DNA from: Octopus sinensis | Taxonomy: Eukaryota | NCBI RefSeq assembly: GCF_006345805.1 | Contig: NC_043026.1 | Span: 14,921,579 to 14,985,578 of the forward strand | Length of the DNA stretch: 64,000 nucleotides | Reading direction: 5' to 3' | In this document: in pieces, positions 37,428 to 50,005 of the stretch | Numbering within the stretch: position 1 is the stretch's first letter | Layout of the letters: each line of letters begins with the position of its first letter | The notes under the pieces: model-generated | Seen by the model: only the letters and a program-made list of their open reading frames with translations | What the model was told of the DNA's origin: nothing | Databases searched by the model: none | Program-made: the position numbers and the translations under genes

Positions 37428-38313
37428 GCAGAGAGTGGAGGTTTCATATTAGCTGCTCAAGACCAAAGCTTATTAACCCGGAACTACCAAGCCAATGTGA
37501 TAAAAAATGTAGCTGACCCAAAATGCCGATTCTGTAATGATGAGATTGAAACTATAGACCACGTAATCTCAGGGTGTAGAATCTTAGCACCTGTAGAATA
37601 TAAAGCAAGACATGACAGAGTCGGCCAGTATTTACACTAGACAATATGTTAGCATTGTAAAATCAAAACTGCTGACAAATGGTATAAACACCATCCTGAA
37701 GCTGTGACTGAGGGAGAAAATGTGTCGATTCTATGGGACTTTCCTGTACATACTGACAAAATTATAAAAGCTAATAAACTGGATATTATTATAAAAGATC
37801 AAACAAAAAAGGTGTGTTTATTAATTGACATGAGTATTCCTTGCGATCACAATATAGCGGTGAAAGAATTTGACAAGATCAGTAAATATAAAGACTTGCT
37901 AATAGAAATTGAAGGAATGTGGCATCTCAAGGCGACTACAGTACCAGTGATTGTAGGATCTAGGAATGATAAAAAAAGGTACTGAAACCTATTTGAAAAT
38001 GATTCCAGGCTTACCATCCCTACGGGAAGTGCAAAAAGTTGTGTTAACTGGAACAGCTCATGTACTGAGAAGAGCATTATCGCTGTGAAAACAACATCCA
38101 TTCATGAATTTATTTATTTATTAATTTTTAAATGCATATTTTATCTGTGAATTTGTGCATGTAATTTGTGCATGTAATCTTGTGCATATTTTACCTGTGA
38201 ATTTGTGCATGTAATGCATACAATAAGCTTCTCTGCCCTAGGTGTACGGAAAACATTCAACGAGAAATGGAAGAAAATTTGAAGAAAGAAGGAAAAAAAA
38301 AATAATAATAATA
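37428..38313 (+). pseudogene. Second, diverged 5'-truncated R4/Dong-type retroposon with CCHC knuckle and RLE domain, containing stops and a frameshift
   Basis: GFILAAQDQSL...CRFCNDEIETIDHVISGC...WDFPVHTDK..ANKLDIII..LLIDMSIP..KISKYKDL. Flanked by (TAA)n. Confidence 0.85.
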
Positions 38314-38440
38314 GGAACCACATGGTTCCGGGTTCAGTCCCACTGCGTGACACCTTGGGCAAGTGTCTTCTACTATAGCCTCGGGCTGACCAAAGCCTTG
38401 TGAGTGGATTTGGTAGACGGAAACTGAAAGAAGCCCGTCG

Positions 38441-38499
<59 letters not shown>

Positions 38500-38734
38500 A
38501 AGTTTGTGTCTGTGTTTGTCCCTCCAACATCGCTTGACAACCGATGGTGGTGTGTTTACGTCCCCGTCACTTAGCGGTTTGGCAAAAGAGACCACTAGAA
38601 TAAGTACTAGGCTTACAAAGAATAAGTCCTGGGGTCGATTTGCTCGACTAAAGGCGGTGCTCCAGCATGGCTGCAGTCAAATGACTGAAACAAGTAAAAG
38701 AGTAAAGAGAAAATGATAATAATAATAATAATAA

Positions 38735-38766
<32 letters not shown>

Positions 38767-38862
38767 TAATAATAATAATAATGATAAATATTTCTCCTGT
38801 TTGGCTATTTTTATTTTCCGAGGGATAAACGTAATATTTGTTTGAAATCTTTAATTTTCCAG

Positions 38863-39036
38863 GAAAGTGAGGACATGACGAATGAGAGGAACAACATTCT
38901 CCGAGAACCCAAAACTCTCATGAAAGACTTCCAAAGAATATCAGAAGGAAATCTTACGTCCAGCACTGAGACAGACATCAGAAGTGATGCTGTGGCGAGC
39001 ATGCCTCACATACAGGAAGGATTCTCTGCAGATGAG
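38863..39036 (+). CDS. Gene 1 exon: ESEDMTNERNNILREPKTLMKDFQRISEG...QEGFSADE
   Basis: Acceptor aattttccag, donor GAG|GTGGGG, phase 0->0. Confidence 0.7.
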
Positions 39037-39299
39037 GTGGGGAAAGTTAAATACTCATTGTCACTGGTGGTGGTGGTGGTGGTGGTGGTGGTGGTGGTGG
39101 TGGTGGTAGCGGTGGTGTTAATGTGTTGACTCATAAATGCATGTGTGTGTATGCTTGCTTCTAGCCACATGGTTCTGGGTTCAGTCCCACTGCATGCCAC
39201 CTTGGGCAAGTGTCTTTTGCAATAGCCTTAGGCTGACCTAAATCTTGTGAGTGGGTATGGTAGATGGAAGCCAAAACAAGCCCATTGTATATATATATA

Positions 39300-39332
<33 letters not shown>

Positions 39333-39664
39333 TGCATGTGTGTGTGTGTATGTGTGTGTTTGCCCCACCTCATCTCTTGACAACCAATGTTGGTGTGTTT
39401 ATGATGACTTAGCAGTTCAGCAAAAGAGACCAATAGAAGAAGTGCTAGGTTTACAAAGTATAAGTCCTGGGGCCAATTTGTTCGACTAAACATGGTGCTC
39501 CAGCATGGCTGCAGTCAAGTGACTAAAAAGAGTAAAGAGTATACACACACACACACCACACACACACACACACACCATCATCATCATCATCGTCTAACAC
39601 CCAACTTCGAGGATGGGACGGTTTGACAGCAGCCAGCCAGGAAGAAGCCTGCACCAACTTCTTG

Positions 39665-39730
39665 TGACTGTTTTGGCAGGCAGGAAGACAGACAGACAGA
39701 CAGACAGACAGGCAGGCAGGCAGGCAGGCA

Positions 39731-39767
<37 letters not shown>

Positions 39768-40290
39768 ACCGGCTGACAGGCAGACAGACAGACAGGCAGG
39801 CAGGCAGACAGACAGGCAGACAAGCTAGTAGGCAAGCAGACAGACAGACAGACAGACAGGCAGGCAGGCAGACAGGCAGACAGACAGACAGGCAGGCAGA
39901 CAGACAGGCAGACAGGCAGACAAGCTAGTAGGCAAGCAGACAGACAGACAGGCAGACAGGCTGACAGGCAGACAGGCAGGCAGACAGGCTGACAGGCAGG
40001 CAAGCAGGCAGGCAAGCAGACAGGCAGACAAGCAGACAGGCAGGCAGGCAAGCAGACAGACAGACAGACAGACAGACAGGCAGGCAGGCTGACAGGCAGG
40101 CAGACAGACAGACAAGCAGACAGGCAGGCAGACAGGCTGACAGGCAGACAGGCAGGCAGGCAGGCAGGCAGACAGGCAGGCAGGCAGGCAAGCAGGCAGA
40201 CTGACAGGCAGGCAGACAGGCAAGCAGGCAAGCAGAGAGACAGGCAGACAAACAAACAGACAGACAGACAAGCAGATAAGTAGACATACA
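39665..40290. repeat. Compound (CAGG)n/(CAGA)n tract
   Basis: Direct inspection. Confidence 0.95.
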
Positions 40291-40377
40291 GGCAGCTTAT
40301 AGAAACATTAACCCCCTCTCCCCCACCACAGATGCATTGTGGTGGCCTTCATCCATAATGTGGAAAGCATGTCTGGT

Positions 40378-40870
40378 CATCATCATCATCATCGTTTAGC
40401 ATCCGCTTTCCATGCTAGCATGGGTTGGACGGTTCAACTGGGGTCTGGGAACCCTGAAGGCTGCACCAGGCTCCAGTCTTATCTGGCAATGTTTCTACAG
40501 CTGGATGCCCTTCCTAACGCCAACCACTCCGAGAGTGTAGTGGGTGATTTTATGTGCCACCGACACAGGTGCCAGACGAGGCTGGCAGACGGTCACGCTC
40601 GGATGGTGTTTTTTACGTGCCACCGACACAGGTGCCAGGCGAGGCTGGCAACGGCCACAATCGGATGGTGCTTTTTACATGCCACCGGCAAGGGGGCCAG
40701 GTGAGGCTGGCAAACAGCCACGATCGGATGGTGCTTTTTATGTGCCACCTGCACGGAGGCCAGTCGGGGCAGCGCTGGCAACAGCCACGTTCAGATGGTT
40801 CTCTTACGTGCCACCGGCACTGGTATCACAGCTACAATTTCCATTGATGTTGATCGATTTCGATTTTGAA
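40378..40870 (+). mobile_element. SINE-like family D with (CAT)n terminus and an expandable internal GGATGGTGCTTTT...GTGCCAC repeat
   Basis: Copies at 5370-5560, 14780-15100 (-), 21775-21985 (-), 48773-48965, 49099-50010, 50228-50372 (-), 60640-60972 (-), 61180-61690 (-) and 63945-64000. Confidence 0.8.
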
Positions 40871-41020
40871 GGGGTGGGGGATGGTGAGAGGAATGGTGAT
40901 GGTGATGATGATGATGATAAGGATAGTGTTGGTGCTGGAGGTAGTGGTGGTGATGATTCCTCCTCCTCCCTCATCTCACCTTCGCCTCATCTTCTCTTTA
41001 TCTCTTTCTATTCTGAACAG

Positions 41021-41201
41021 GATGACACCAACGCCAACATGAACAACAGCAACATGGACCAGCCCCTCACAACTCCACACTCAATGCCATGTGATCAGGC
41101 TGAAGGGATGGAAGATGTTGTTACCATAGCAACAGAGGAAACGATTCTGTCCTTATCTCTCCCGCCACCATCTCTATGCTCACTGGACATGGCTGAGTCA
41201 G
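41021..41201 (+). CDS. Gene 1 exon: DDTNANMNNSNMDQPLTTPHSMPCDQAEG...SLDMAES
   Basis: Long polypyrimidine tract plus aacag, donor CAG|GTGACT, phase 0->1. Confidence 0.75.
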
Positions 41202-41485
41202 GTGACTACCTTTTCTTTGAATTTTTCTAGTTTTAGTATGGTCCCCCCCACACACAATCCCACCTCTACCACTAACACCCTTTGACAACTGGTGTTTGTT
41301 TGTTTACATCCACATAAGCGCAGGAGTGGCTGTGTGGTAAGTAGCTTGTTTACCAACCACACGGTTCCGGGTTCAGTCCCACTGCGTGGCACCTTGAGCG
41401 AGTGTCTTCTACTATAGCCTCGGGCAAACAAAAGCCTTGTGAGTGGATTTGGTAGACGGAAACTGAAAGAAGCCCATCGTATATA

Positions 41486-41533
<48 letters not shown>

Positions 41534-42908
41534 AGTGTGTGTTTGTGTGTCTGTGTTTGTCCTCCAAGCATTGCTTGACGACCGATGCTGGTGTGTTTAT
41601 GTCCCCGTTATTTAGCGGTTTGGCAAAATAGACCGATAGAATAAGTACTGGGCTTACAAAAGAATAAGTCCCGGGGTCGAGTTGCTTGATTAAAGGCGGT
41701 GCTCCAGCATGGCTGCAGCCAAATGACTGAAACAAGTAAAAGAGTAAAGAGTATAACTTCACGGTTTGGTAAATAGAGATTGATAGGATAAATTCTGGGC
41801 TTAATGAATAAATATTGGGATTGATATATTTGACTGAACCCTTGAATGCATTGCCCCAGCATGGCCAAAGTCCAATGACTGAAAGAAGTAAAAGATAAAA
41901 AGTGGACTTGTTATAAGGTCTCTATAAAGAGAAATATGATTCTTAGTTATTGGAAAACATTTTCTCACGGGTTTTCAGTGACCCCTTCAATCACATCAAT
42001 CACATCAGTCACCCTTTTTTTAAAGTCTTCTAAAGATTAAGGATTAGTTGAATAAACAATACTTTTCACATGTCCCCATGAAAAGAAATTCAATTGAGTC
42101 TAATCTAGCAAATGTGGAAACCAAAATAAGGGTCCACCTGTTCTAATCCATCTGTTAGGGAATTTCTCACTTAGAAACTGCCCCACTTGCAAAACAAAGG
42201 GACAAGGGACACCATCTTGTTGAAAAAAAAAAATTTGTATTCTAGATCAGTTCTAATTGTGTAAGCTCAGGGATGAAGTAATTTTGCCCACCGTTTTACG
42301 GTTAATTTAAACGTGTAGATTATGCTTAAGGGAATTGTACTTGATTCTTAAATGTTTTGGACCAAAACTCCTTAATAAATTTTATGTGGTCCCTTTTCGT
42401 AATCATAGGTTTTCCTCAACCTTCTTGAGGAGATACAAAAATAAAAATAAGGGTACATTCAAAATGAGATGTTTCAGAGGCCCACCTGAGCCATGATCTT
42501 GAATTCAAAATGAGAAGAACCTGTAGCAAATTCTTTATCTTTGAAATGGACAATGGACTAACCCTCATTTGAATCCACTGAATTCTTTATTTTGCTTTGT
42601 CTCTTTTAATTTGTGTCTGCAATTCAACAATAACCAGAAATGACGCAGTTCCGATTCCCAGACCAGGCGTTGTGAGTGATTATTGAGCGAAAATACCTAA
42701 AAGCCCCACGAGGCTCCGGCAGGGGGTGGTGGCGATCCCTGCTCTACTCTTTCACCACTCTTCTGTTGGCCTGGTCGCTTAGCCAGCGGGGTGGCATCAT
42801 TTGAAGGCTAAAACAATGCGAGTGCATTGTGACCAGCGATGTGTAGCAACATCTGATAGCCTGGTCGATCACATGATTGCTAAACCTCGCTAAGTTAAAT
42901 ATTTCAAT

Positions 42909-42980
42909 TAACCTGAAGATTGACTGTAACCATAACTCGAATTATTACGAATTGTACAGCCATGAAACGATCGTAGCATT
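42909..42980 (+). ncRNA. Degenerate type I hammerhead motif
   Basis: TAAC-CTGAAGA-TTGACTGTA...TACAGCCAT-GAAA-CGATCG-TA-GCAT. Stem I is decayed. Confidence 0.5.
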
Positions 42981-43309
42981 TTACTCTTTATCTTTTATTA
43001 AACTTTTAATACTTTTGATATATATTTAAAATAATATAAATTAATTAATTTTATGTATTGGCTCATGTTTTTCATTGTTTGATTTGCCTAATAGTGGTTT
43101 TATCTCTAATATAATATAATATAATATATTTTACTATAAAATTGGATTTAATCCTAAATCTGATTTTTCCCTGTAAGTTTGGATTTATTCCCTAATATTT
43201 TATTATTATATATATATATATATATATACACGTGTGTGTGTGTGTGTAATTGAATGCATGTATATATGTTTATATAGTCTGTTTATGCAATCTGATTTTT
43301 GCTTTGAAG

Positions 43310-43439
43310 CTGATCAGAGACAGAAGAATCTTACAGATGGACAGCGTCCGGTTAGGGAGATGAGAGAGTTTGTTGACTGTGGCATTTCATGTAAGCTGGA
43401 AGCAGAGATCTCTGAGTTCAATTCTATTGAGGAAGTCAG
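43310..43439 (+). CDS. Gene 1 exon: (A)DQRQKNLTDGQRPVREMREFVDCGISCKLEAEISEFNSIEEV(S)
   Basis: Acceptor tttttgctttgaag, donor CAG|GTAAGA, phase 1->2. Confidence 0.8.
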
Positions 43440-43821
43440 GTAAGAGAGTTTCCTCTTTTACTGTTGCTGTTTAATGTCAGGTCAGTCCTGAAACTGTAGA
43501 CCTATGACCATCCTGTGATCTATTCATGCCTAAATGTATCTAGGACTACATCATCTAAAATGTTTTTCTTTGTTGTTGTTGTTGCTTAGCCACAGATCAT
43601 TATTGAACCAGAAACCGCATGGTCAAAGGTTGTTTCAGCTGTGACCATCATGTGATTCATTCAGATCTATGTCTATCTAGGACTATATTATCTAATTTTG
43701 ATCACAGGTCTGCTGGATCAGGACTGACCTGGGGTTAAACAACAGCAAGGAAAGACACTTTAGGTAATGTAGTCCTAGATACACTAATGCTAATCTTGTA
43801 ATTTTCCTGAAACACCTCCAG

Positions 43822-43952
43822 CTTGCCAGATGTTCCAGTTATTCCAGATGCGGCCGATGTGAGAGATGTAGGAGTTCCAATATGGCTGACCAAGATGGTG
43901 GGAATTCTGACGAATTACAAGAAGAAGATGGAGACATTCTTGAAGTTACAAG
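43822..43952 (+). CDS. Gene 1 exon: LPDVPVIPDAADVRDVGVPIWLTKMVGILTNYKKKMETFLKLQ
   Basis: Acceptor acacctccag, donor AAG|GTAGGA, phase 2->1, matching both neighbours. Confidence 0.8.
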
Positions 43953-43989
43953 GTAGGACATGATGCGCTACGGCCTTCATAATGAAGTT

Positions 43990-44560
43990 GCTTGACACCA
44001 CAACACGGCAGTCATATTGCTATACTACAGAACACCACACAACACCGTATGACCCGCCTACAATACTCTGGATTCAGATGCTCTGCACAGAATGCCACGC
44101 CCACACACAATGACACGCCCACACACAATGCCATGCTCACACACAATGCCACGCCCACACACAATGCCATGCTCACACACAATGCCATGCCCACACAATG
44201 CCACGCCCACACACAATGCCATGCCCATACAATGCCATGCTCACACACAATGTCATGCCTACACACAATGCCAGGATCACACAATGCCACGCCCACACAA
44301 TGCCACGCCCACACACAATGCAGTAGCTCTATTCAATGCCATTCCTCCACACAAGGCTACAACTTCCTGTATAATACCACACCTACACACAATGCTACAG
44401 CCTCCTACTCAATGCAACACCCACACACAATGCCACACCCACACAATGTCACGCCCCCACACCTCATACAATGACACACTCCCACACAATGTCACATACC
44501 CACTCAATGCTTCCACCCCACCCCACCCTTCACGTCCACACAGAATGCAACATCCTTTCT
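43990..44560. repeat. Degenerate 16-18-bp minisatellite CACACAATGCCA(C/T)GC
   Basis: Direct inspection. Confidence 0.85.
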
Positions 44561-45356
44561 GATTCCACAGCCACTTGCAAAATGCCACACCCATACACAA
44601 TACCCACCCTCCCTCTGCATCCAAAAGCCTCCTCTTCCATTACCACAAAATACCACACCCATGCAAGCTTCCATAGAAGCCTCTAGAACCAGCTAGAAAT
44701 AGCAGCTAATTTTTCTCAAAATACACTCAGTAATCTTTGCAGTGATGATCATGGTTGGAATGATTTGATTGGGTTGACCATGGGCAAAACAACAACATTG
44801 TGTTGACCACACACCACCATTTTTCACACATACATACAACACCCACCAATCCATATGACTACCACCCTCCAGTCACAACTTCACCGTCATCCCAAAAAAA
44901 CACACCATTGACATGCTCCAGCATCCACCCTCCTCTTCAAACCCTTCCTCTTATGAGGCCATTCAAGCAGTTAGAAATAGCAGCCAAATATCGTTCACAT
45001 CACTACTGTGAATATATTATTAGAAAATATAGTCCATCGTCTGCAGAATATCTGGATGGTCACAAGCGGAACCGCTTTGATCATAGGTCTGTTGGGTCAG
45101 GATTGACCTTGGGCTAAACAACAGCATCAAGTATGGACACGTTAAATAATGCAGTCCTTGATACACTATGTCTGAGTAAAAGACAAGATGGTCACAGTTG
45201 GAACATCTTTGACCACAAGCCTGCTGGATCAGGAGTGACCTAGGGCTAAACAACATCCACATCATCCACACTTTACATAACCTCTGCAAGACTTATAAAC
45301 ATAGCATAGTTCCAACAACCCCATACCTTACCCCTGACCCCCAAAACACACACACA

Positions 45357-45404
<48 letters not shown>

Positions 45405-45468
45405 CAATTCTTTATTTAACCATTAGTAATATCTTGTGTCTACCCATATATCCTATCCCACCCTCTAG

Positions 45469-45585
45469 ATATAGACTCTGCCAATGACCTGCTCTCAGAT
45501 CTTGACCCCAAGGCCAGTGACCAGAAAGCTGTAACAGAGAAATTGGCTGAAGACATGACCCTTACAGCTGAAAAGTTCCTGTCTG
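45469..45585 (+). CDS. Gene 1 last recognised exon: (D)IDSANDLLSDLDPKASDQKAVTEKLAEDMTLTAEKFLS
   Basis: Acceptor cccaccctctag, donor CTG|GTAAGA, phase 1->1. No stop codon, so the gene continues into or past the gap. Confidence 0.8.
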
Positions 45586-45648
45586 GTAAGATCTTCACAT
45601 AATCTGTCTGTGTGTCTATCTCTCTCTCTCTCCCTCTATCTCTCTCTC

Positions 45649-45692
<44 letters not shown>

Positions 45693-45757
45693 CTCTCTCT
45701 CTCTCCCTCTATCTCTCTCTCTATTTTATCAATCTAACTATAACATCAATCATAATT

Positions 45758-45876
45758 TTGTACGGCCATATCACGTTAAAAGCACCGGTTCTCGTCCGAT
45801 CACCGAAGTTAAGCAACGTTGAGCCTAGTCAGTACTTAGATGGGTGACCGCTTGGGAAACCTAGGTGCAGTAAGTG
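45758..45876 (+). rRNA. Dispersed 5S rRNA copy, probably a pseudogene
   Basis: TACGGCCATATCACGTT...GTCCGATCACCGAAGTTAAGCAACG...AGTACTTAGATGGGTGACCGCTTGGGAAACCTAGGTG. The CCTAG/CTAGG helix is complementary, helix I has mismatches, and no oligo-T terminator follows. Confidence 0.85.
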
Positions 45877-45905
45877 TCACACATTGTTTGAACTCAGAAC
45901 GTAAT

Positions 45906-46005
45906 NNNNNNNNNNNNNNNNNNNNNNNNNNNNNNNNNNNNNNNNNNNNNNNNNNNNNNNNNNNNNNNNNNNNNNNNNNNNNNNNNNNNNNNNNNNNNNN
46001 NNNNN
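45906..46005. other. Assembly gap (100 N)
   Basis: Run of exactly 100 N. Confidence 1.
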
Positions 46006-47154
46006 GAACAGGCAGGCAAAGGGCCACGATCGGATGGTGCTTTTACGTGTCTCCAGCGCAGACGCCAGTCGGGCGACGCTAGTAACTGCCACGCTCGAAA
46101 TGTGCTTTTACGTATCACCAGCACAGACGCCAGTCGGGCGAAGCTAGTAACTGCCACGCTCGAACGGTGCTTTTACGTGTCACCAGCACAGACGCCAGTC
46201 GGGCGACGCTAGTAACTGCCACGCTCGAACGGTGCTTTTACGTGTCACCAGCACAGACACCAGTCGGGCGACGCTAGTAAATGCCACGCTCGAACGGTGC
46301 TTTTACGTGTCACAAGCACGGGTGTCTTAATTACAATTACCATTCGAATTTTTGATGTTGACGAACTTGACTCAACAGGTCTCCTCAAGAACAGCGGGTC
46401 AGCGTGTGTAAATATGTTATGTATATATATATAGTGGAGGCGCAATGGCCAAGTGGTTAGGGCAGTGGACTCGCGGTCGTAGGATCGCGGTTTTGATTCC
46501 CAGACCGGGCGTTGTGAGTGTTTATTGAGCGAAAACACCTAAAGCTCCACGAGGCTCTGGCAGGGGGTGGTGGCGATCCCTGCTGTACTCTTTCGCCACA
46601 ACTTTCTCTCACTCTTTCTTCTGTTGGCCTGCTCGTTTAGCCAGCGGGGTGGCGTCATTTGAATGCTAAAACAATGCGAAGCGCATTGTGACTAGTGATG
46701 TGTAACAACATCTGATGGCCTGGTCGGTCACGGTGATATATATATATATATATGTGTGTGTATGTGTCTATATATATGAATGTGTGGACATGGTTGTGTG
46801 GTTAAGATGCCTGCTTTCCAATTACATAGTCTGGGGTTCAATCTCATTAATGCATGCCATCTTGGGCATATATCTTCAGTTATAGCCTTGGGCAAACCAA
46901 AGCCCCATGAGTGCATTTTGGAGATGGAAACTGAAATAGCTATAATACTATTTTGTTTCTCTGTCTGAAGGCTTTCCATTAATCAGGGATATCTTTCATG
47001 TTTTTCTCCCGCCTGTACAAATTTGTAACTCCTCTTGGCAAATGAAACGTGTGTAATGGTGTGTAAATAATCCTTTCTACTAAGGACAAGGCCTAAAATT
47101 GTGAGGGAGGGGTTAAATGATTACGTCAACACCAGTGTGTAACTGGTATTTAAC

Positions 47155-47700
47155 TGGGGCAGTGAGCTGGCAGAAACGTTAGCGCGCCGGGCGAAATGCT
47201 TAGCGGTATTTCACCTGTCGTTACTTTGTGAGTTCAAATTCCGCCGAGGTCGACTTTGCCTTTCATCCTTTCGGGTTTGATAAATTAAGTACCAGTTACA
47301 CACTGGGGTCGATGTAATCGACTTAATACCTATGTCTGTCCTTGTTTGTCCCCTCTATGTTTAGCCCCTTGTGGGTAGTAAAGAAATAGGTATTTCACCT
47401 GTCGTTACGTTGTGAGTTCAAATTCTGCCGAGGTCGACTTTGCCTTTCATCCTCTCGAGGTCGATAAATTAAGTACCAGTTACGCACTGGGGTCAATGTA
47501 ATCGACTTAATACCTATGTCTGTCCTTGTTTGTCCCTTCTATGTTTAGCCCCTTGTGGGTAGTAAAGAAATAGGTATTTCACCTGTCGTTATGTTGTGAG
47601 TTCAAATTCCGCCGAGGTCGACTTTGCCTTTCATCCTTTCGGGGTCGATAAATTAAGTACCAGTTACGCACTGGGGCTCAATGTAATCGACTTTAATCTA
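47155..47700 (+). repeat. Head-to-tail trimer of SINE family C
   Basis: The junction AAAGAAATA|GGTATTTC recurs twice. Confidence 0.85.
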
Positions 47701-48465
47701 TTTACTTTTGAGGTGTCTGTGTGTGTATGTAGACATGCACCTGAACAAAATCCTCGCATCTATATGAACGGGGTAGACAGAGGGGTTAGGGTAGGGTAGA
47801 TGAGGGTGCTGAGGTGACATACAACTGTAAATAGTGAGCTAGACACAACACTAAAAGGGCCTTGGCCACCCCATTCCCACCCGTTATTTTGACTACAACA
47901 ACCGACCGCCACGCCACGATTGCTACTGCCTCAACACACCAACACCCCCCCCCGTCCTCACCTCCATTATTTTGACTACAACCACCTCGACATAACCAAC
48001 AACACCCACCACCACCACCCTCACTATTGCATGCCTACACTGCAGCCACATCCAGCACCACCACCACCACCACCACCGCCTCACCCTTTCATACAATCTC
48101 CCTCCGACCCGATCCATTGGAAACCAAGATTGTCACACACCGCATTCCACTACTCCTCTCCACTGTACAACACACACTCTGTTTGCCTCAGTGTATGTGT
48201 GGAAAGTGAGTGTATACATATATATATATATAGTCAATAAAAAGGGTAAAATTAATTAATTATTAATTAATTCGACCGAGCAGTGTTCGGTATGTAAAAC
48301 GACCATTTACGGTATATTTGAAATATTACTTTATAAAAATAGGGTAAAGTAAAATAATTTACTTTACCACACACACACACACATATAATATATATATATA
48401 ATATACACACATATATATATATTACACATATATATATTATACACATATAGATAATATATATATAG

Positions 48466-48512
<47 letters not shown>

Positions 48513-49299
48513 CCATACATATATATATATATATATATACATATATGTATATTATATACATACATATATATGTATATATATAATATATATATATGTATAT
48601 ATATATACAATATATATATATGTATATATATATATCATATCTCTATATATCTATATACATATACATATATATTATTATCCATATACATATATATATACTA
48701 TACATATACATATATATTATTATATATATACCTATATATATATATATATACCAATATATACATATATATATATCATCATCATCATCATCGTTTAGCATCC
48801 GTTTTCCATGCTAGCATGGGTTGGACGGTTCAACTGGGGTCCGGGAAGCCAGAAGGCTGCACCAGGCCCAGTCTGATCTGGCAATGTTTCTACGGCTGGC
48901 TGCTCTTCCTAACGCCAAACACTCCATGAGCGTAGTGGGTGCTTTTTACGTGCCACCTGCACAGGTGAGTTACATATTGACGTACCTATGTCTATTTACA
49001 GTAGTTACCTTATAAATGATGCAGTGCTGCATTGTCTATATGTGTGCTCCAAATGCACACACATGTGTGTGTGTGTGTGTTAATGATAATGATAATATCA
49101 TCATCATCATCATCGTTTAACGTCTGTTTTCCGCGCTAGCACGGGTTGGACGGTTCGACCGGGGTCTGGGGAGCCAGGGGATTCTCCAGGCTCCAGTCTG
49201 ATCTGGCAGTGTTTCTACAGCTGGATGCCCTTCCTAACGCCAACCACTCCGCGAGTGTAGTGGGTGCTTGTTACGTGCCACCTGCACAGGTGCCAGAGG

Positions 49300-50005
49300 G
49301 GTCTGGCATCGGCCACGATCGGTTGGTGCTTTTTATGTGCCACCGGCACAGAAGCCAGTCGAGGCGGTGCTGGCATCGGCCACATTCGGATGGTGCTTTT
49401 TATGTGCCACCGGCACAGAAGCCAGTCGGGGCGGTGCTGGCATCGGCCACGTTCGGATGGTGCTTTTTATGTGCCACCGGCACAGAAGCCATTTGAGGAG
49501 AGGGGTTGGCATCGGTCACGTTCGGATGGAGCTTTTTATGTGCCACCGGCACAGAAGCCAGTCGAGGCAGTGCTGGCATCGGCCACGTTCGGATGGTGCT
49601 TTTTATGTGCCACCGGCACAGAAGCCAGTCGAGGCGGTGCTGGCATCGGCCACGTTCGGATGGTGCTTTTTATGTGCCACCGGCACAGAAGCCATTTGAG
49701 GAGAGGGGTTGGCATCGGTCACGTTCGGATGGAGCTTTTTATGTGCCACCGGCACAGAAGCCAGTCGAGGCGGTGCTGGCATCGGCCACGTTCGGATGGT
49801 GCTTTTTATGTGCCACCGGCACAGAAGGCAGTCGGGGCGGTGCTGGCATCGGCCACGTTCGGATGGTGCTTTTTATGTGCCACCGGCACAGAAGCCATTT
49901 GAGGAGAGGGGTTGGCATCGGTCACGTTCGGATGGAGCTTTTTATGTGCCACCGGCACAGAAGCCATTCGAGGCGGGGTTGGCATCGGTCACGTTCGGAT
50001 GGTGC
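49300..50005 (+). repeat. 67/68-bp tandem array inside a family D element, with a 203-bp higher-order period
   Basis: The variant CCATTTGAGGAGAGGGGTT occurs at 49489, 49692 and 49895. Confidence 0.9.

Noticed and set aside
41900-42640. NUMT or decayed LINE in a microsatellite-poor stretch
   Set aside because: No recognisable mitochondrial gene or RT motif in any frame by eye. It needs blastn/blastx.
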